DNA from: Cetorhinus maximus
Lineage: Eukaryota
NCBI RefSeq assembly: GCF_964194155.1
Contig: NC_135887.1
Coordinates: 95,418,001-95,482,000, forward strand
Length of the DNA stretch: 64,000 nt
Reading direction: 5' to 3'
The notes under the pieces are model-generated. The model had not been told where the DNA came from and ran no database searches. It saw nothing but the letters and a program-made list of their open reading frames with translations. The position numbers and the translations under genes are program-made. Shown piece after piece: positions 62,831 through 64,000 of this stretch (its first letter is position 1; every line of letters begins with the position of its first letter).

Positions 62831-64000
62831 AGGGGGTACTGATTTTGTCATAAAACAATAGCAATGCTAAAGCATATGCAGCCTTGTGGCCAAGAAGAAC
62901 CTGAACACACAATGCAATGAGCATCAACTTCTGCCAAAGGTGGCTTGAGCAACTCAAGCACTTCAAAGTGAAATATGAACAGCTTTCACTTTGGAAGACA
63001 GACATCGTCAAAGGACTGAAACATTAAACAAAGATGTGAGAGACAGAAAACAATATTTACTTTCTATATGCAACAAATACTGAGGTAACAGTAAAATAAA
63101 TGCTGTTAATATTTCCAAATGTATTCCAAATGGCCAACGAGTGGCATTAAGTAAGGTTCAATTTTTCAGAAATAAACAACTTTTTCCCTCCTTCCTCCAC
63201 CTCCAATTCAACAGTTAAAGTATAATTAATTATTTTGTTTGTGTACATCTAGGATACACTTTGTCTTATACAGTCATGCGTTGACAAAGAATTCTCGAAG
63301 AGTACATTAATATTTCAAGTGTTCTTTTCAGTAGTTACAATTACTATAAATTTCAGTTATTCCCTGATCTATGCTACACACACTTGTGATTATTCTGCAA
63401 TTACTTCAATTTATTTTATAATTGTGAAAATTATAAGAGTTTTGAATTCCAACATCTTTCAGTCTTATTCAATGCCACTAGCTGAACAAATAAATGATCA
63501 GCAGACTTTGAAAATGTGATAGACTAGTACACATTAATTGACAAATGAACACTGGGAGCTACTGTAATGCTGTATTTCTTGCTAAAACCCAGACTCAAGA
63601 CTGGGAGTTATACATATTCGAACTCATCTTTCCTTGTTGGCTGTGTTTTGGATATTTTCTCCCAGGCTATGATGTGGAATAAATTCCTTCTTGAAGCAGG
63701 CAAAGATTACTCTGACTAGTCCAGACTACAAAAATCTGCTGCTTTTCAACTGACATATGGAGTGACATTGACCTAAATAGTTTTTTTCCTTCCCTGACCC
63801 AGATTGAAAAGGAATGTGTTGGCAGGAACAAAGCTTCTTAAGAGTTGATATAAAGCTTGAATGTTTGTGAAAAATAAGTGAAGATGCTGAAAGAGGAGGT
63901 TTCTTCCCCCCCCCCCCCCCCCTCTAATTGGTGTTTGACTGGTTAGTCTGATGGGGCATTGAGCCAAATTTATGTTCCATTGATGCATAGCCCATAAAAA

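Noticed and set aside
1-64000. CRISPR arrays, operons, prokaryotic defence systems, rRNA or tRNA genes
   Set aside because: No repeat-spacer arrays or gene-dense regions; the sequence is vertebrate-like repeat-rich DNA. tRNA-like boxes belong to SINE heads.

Overview
Repeat-rich eukaryotic DNA, intronic or intergenic. The repeat inventory points to a cartilaginous fish (shark); this is inferred from repeats only. Roughly half of the window is recognisable transposon debris: CR1 LINEs with an esterase ORF1, a second CR1-group LINE family, L2, RTE, Penelope/Neptune-like elements (PLEs), DeuSINEs, solo LTRs, TA-flanked Tigger-like and Harbinger-like MITEs, and a Helentron-like end. I recognise no intact host protein-coding gene. 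Highlights: (1) minimal hammerhead ribozyme motifs in the PLE terminal repeats, one with the conserved CUGAUGA/GAAA core intact (23357-23397); (2) three short fold-back insertions built only from the PLE/hammerhead terminus, each with a 13-15 bp target-site duplication (TSD), the youngest (2909-3165) carrying clustered A-to-G changes in the ribozyme core in both arms; (3) a frameshifted, CpG-decayed first exon of a SERBP1/HABP4-family gene with promoter-like motifs and a splice donor (28679-29085), i.e. an unprocessed gene relic; (4) a speculative chain of minus-strand exons at 54.6-60.4 kb. Family and clade names come from motif recognition, not database searches. Boundaries of old repeats are approximate.
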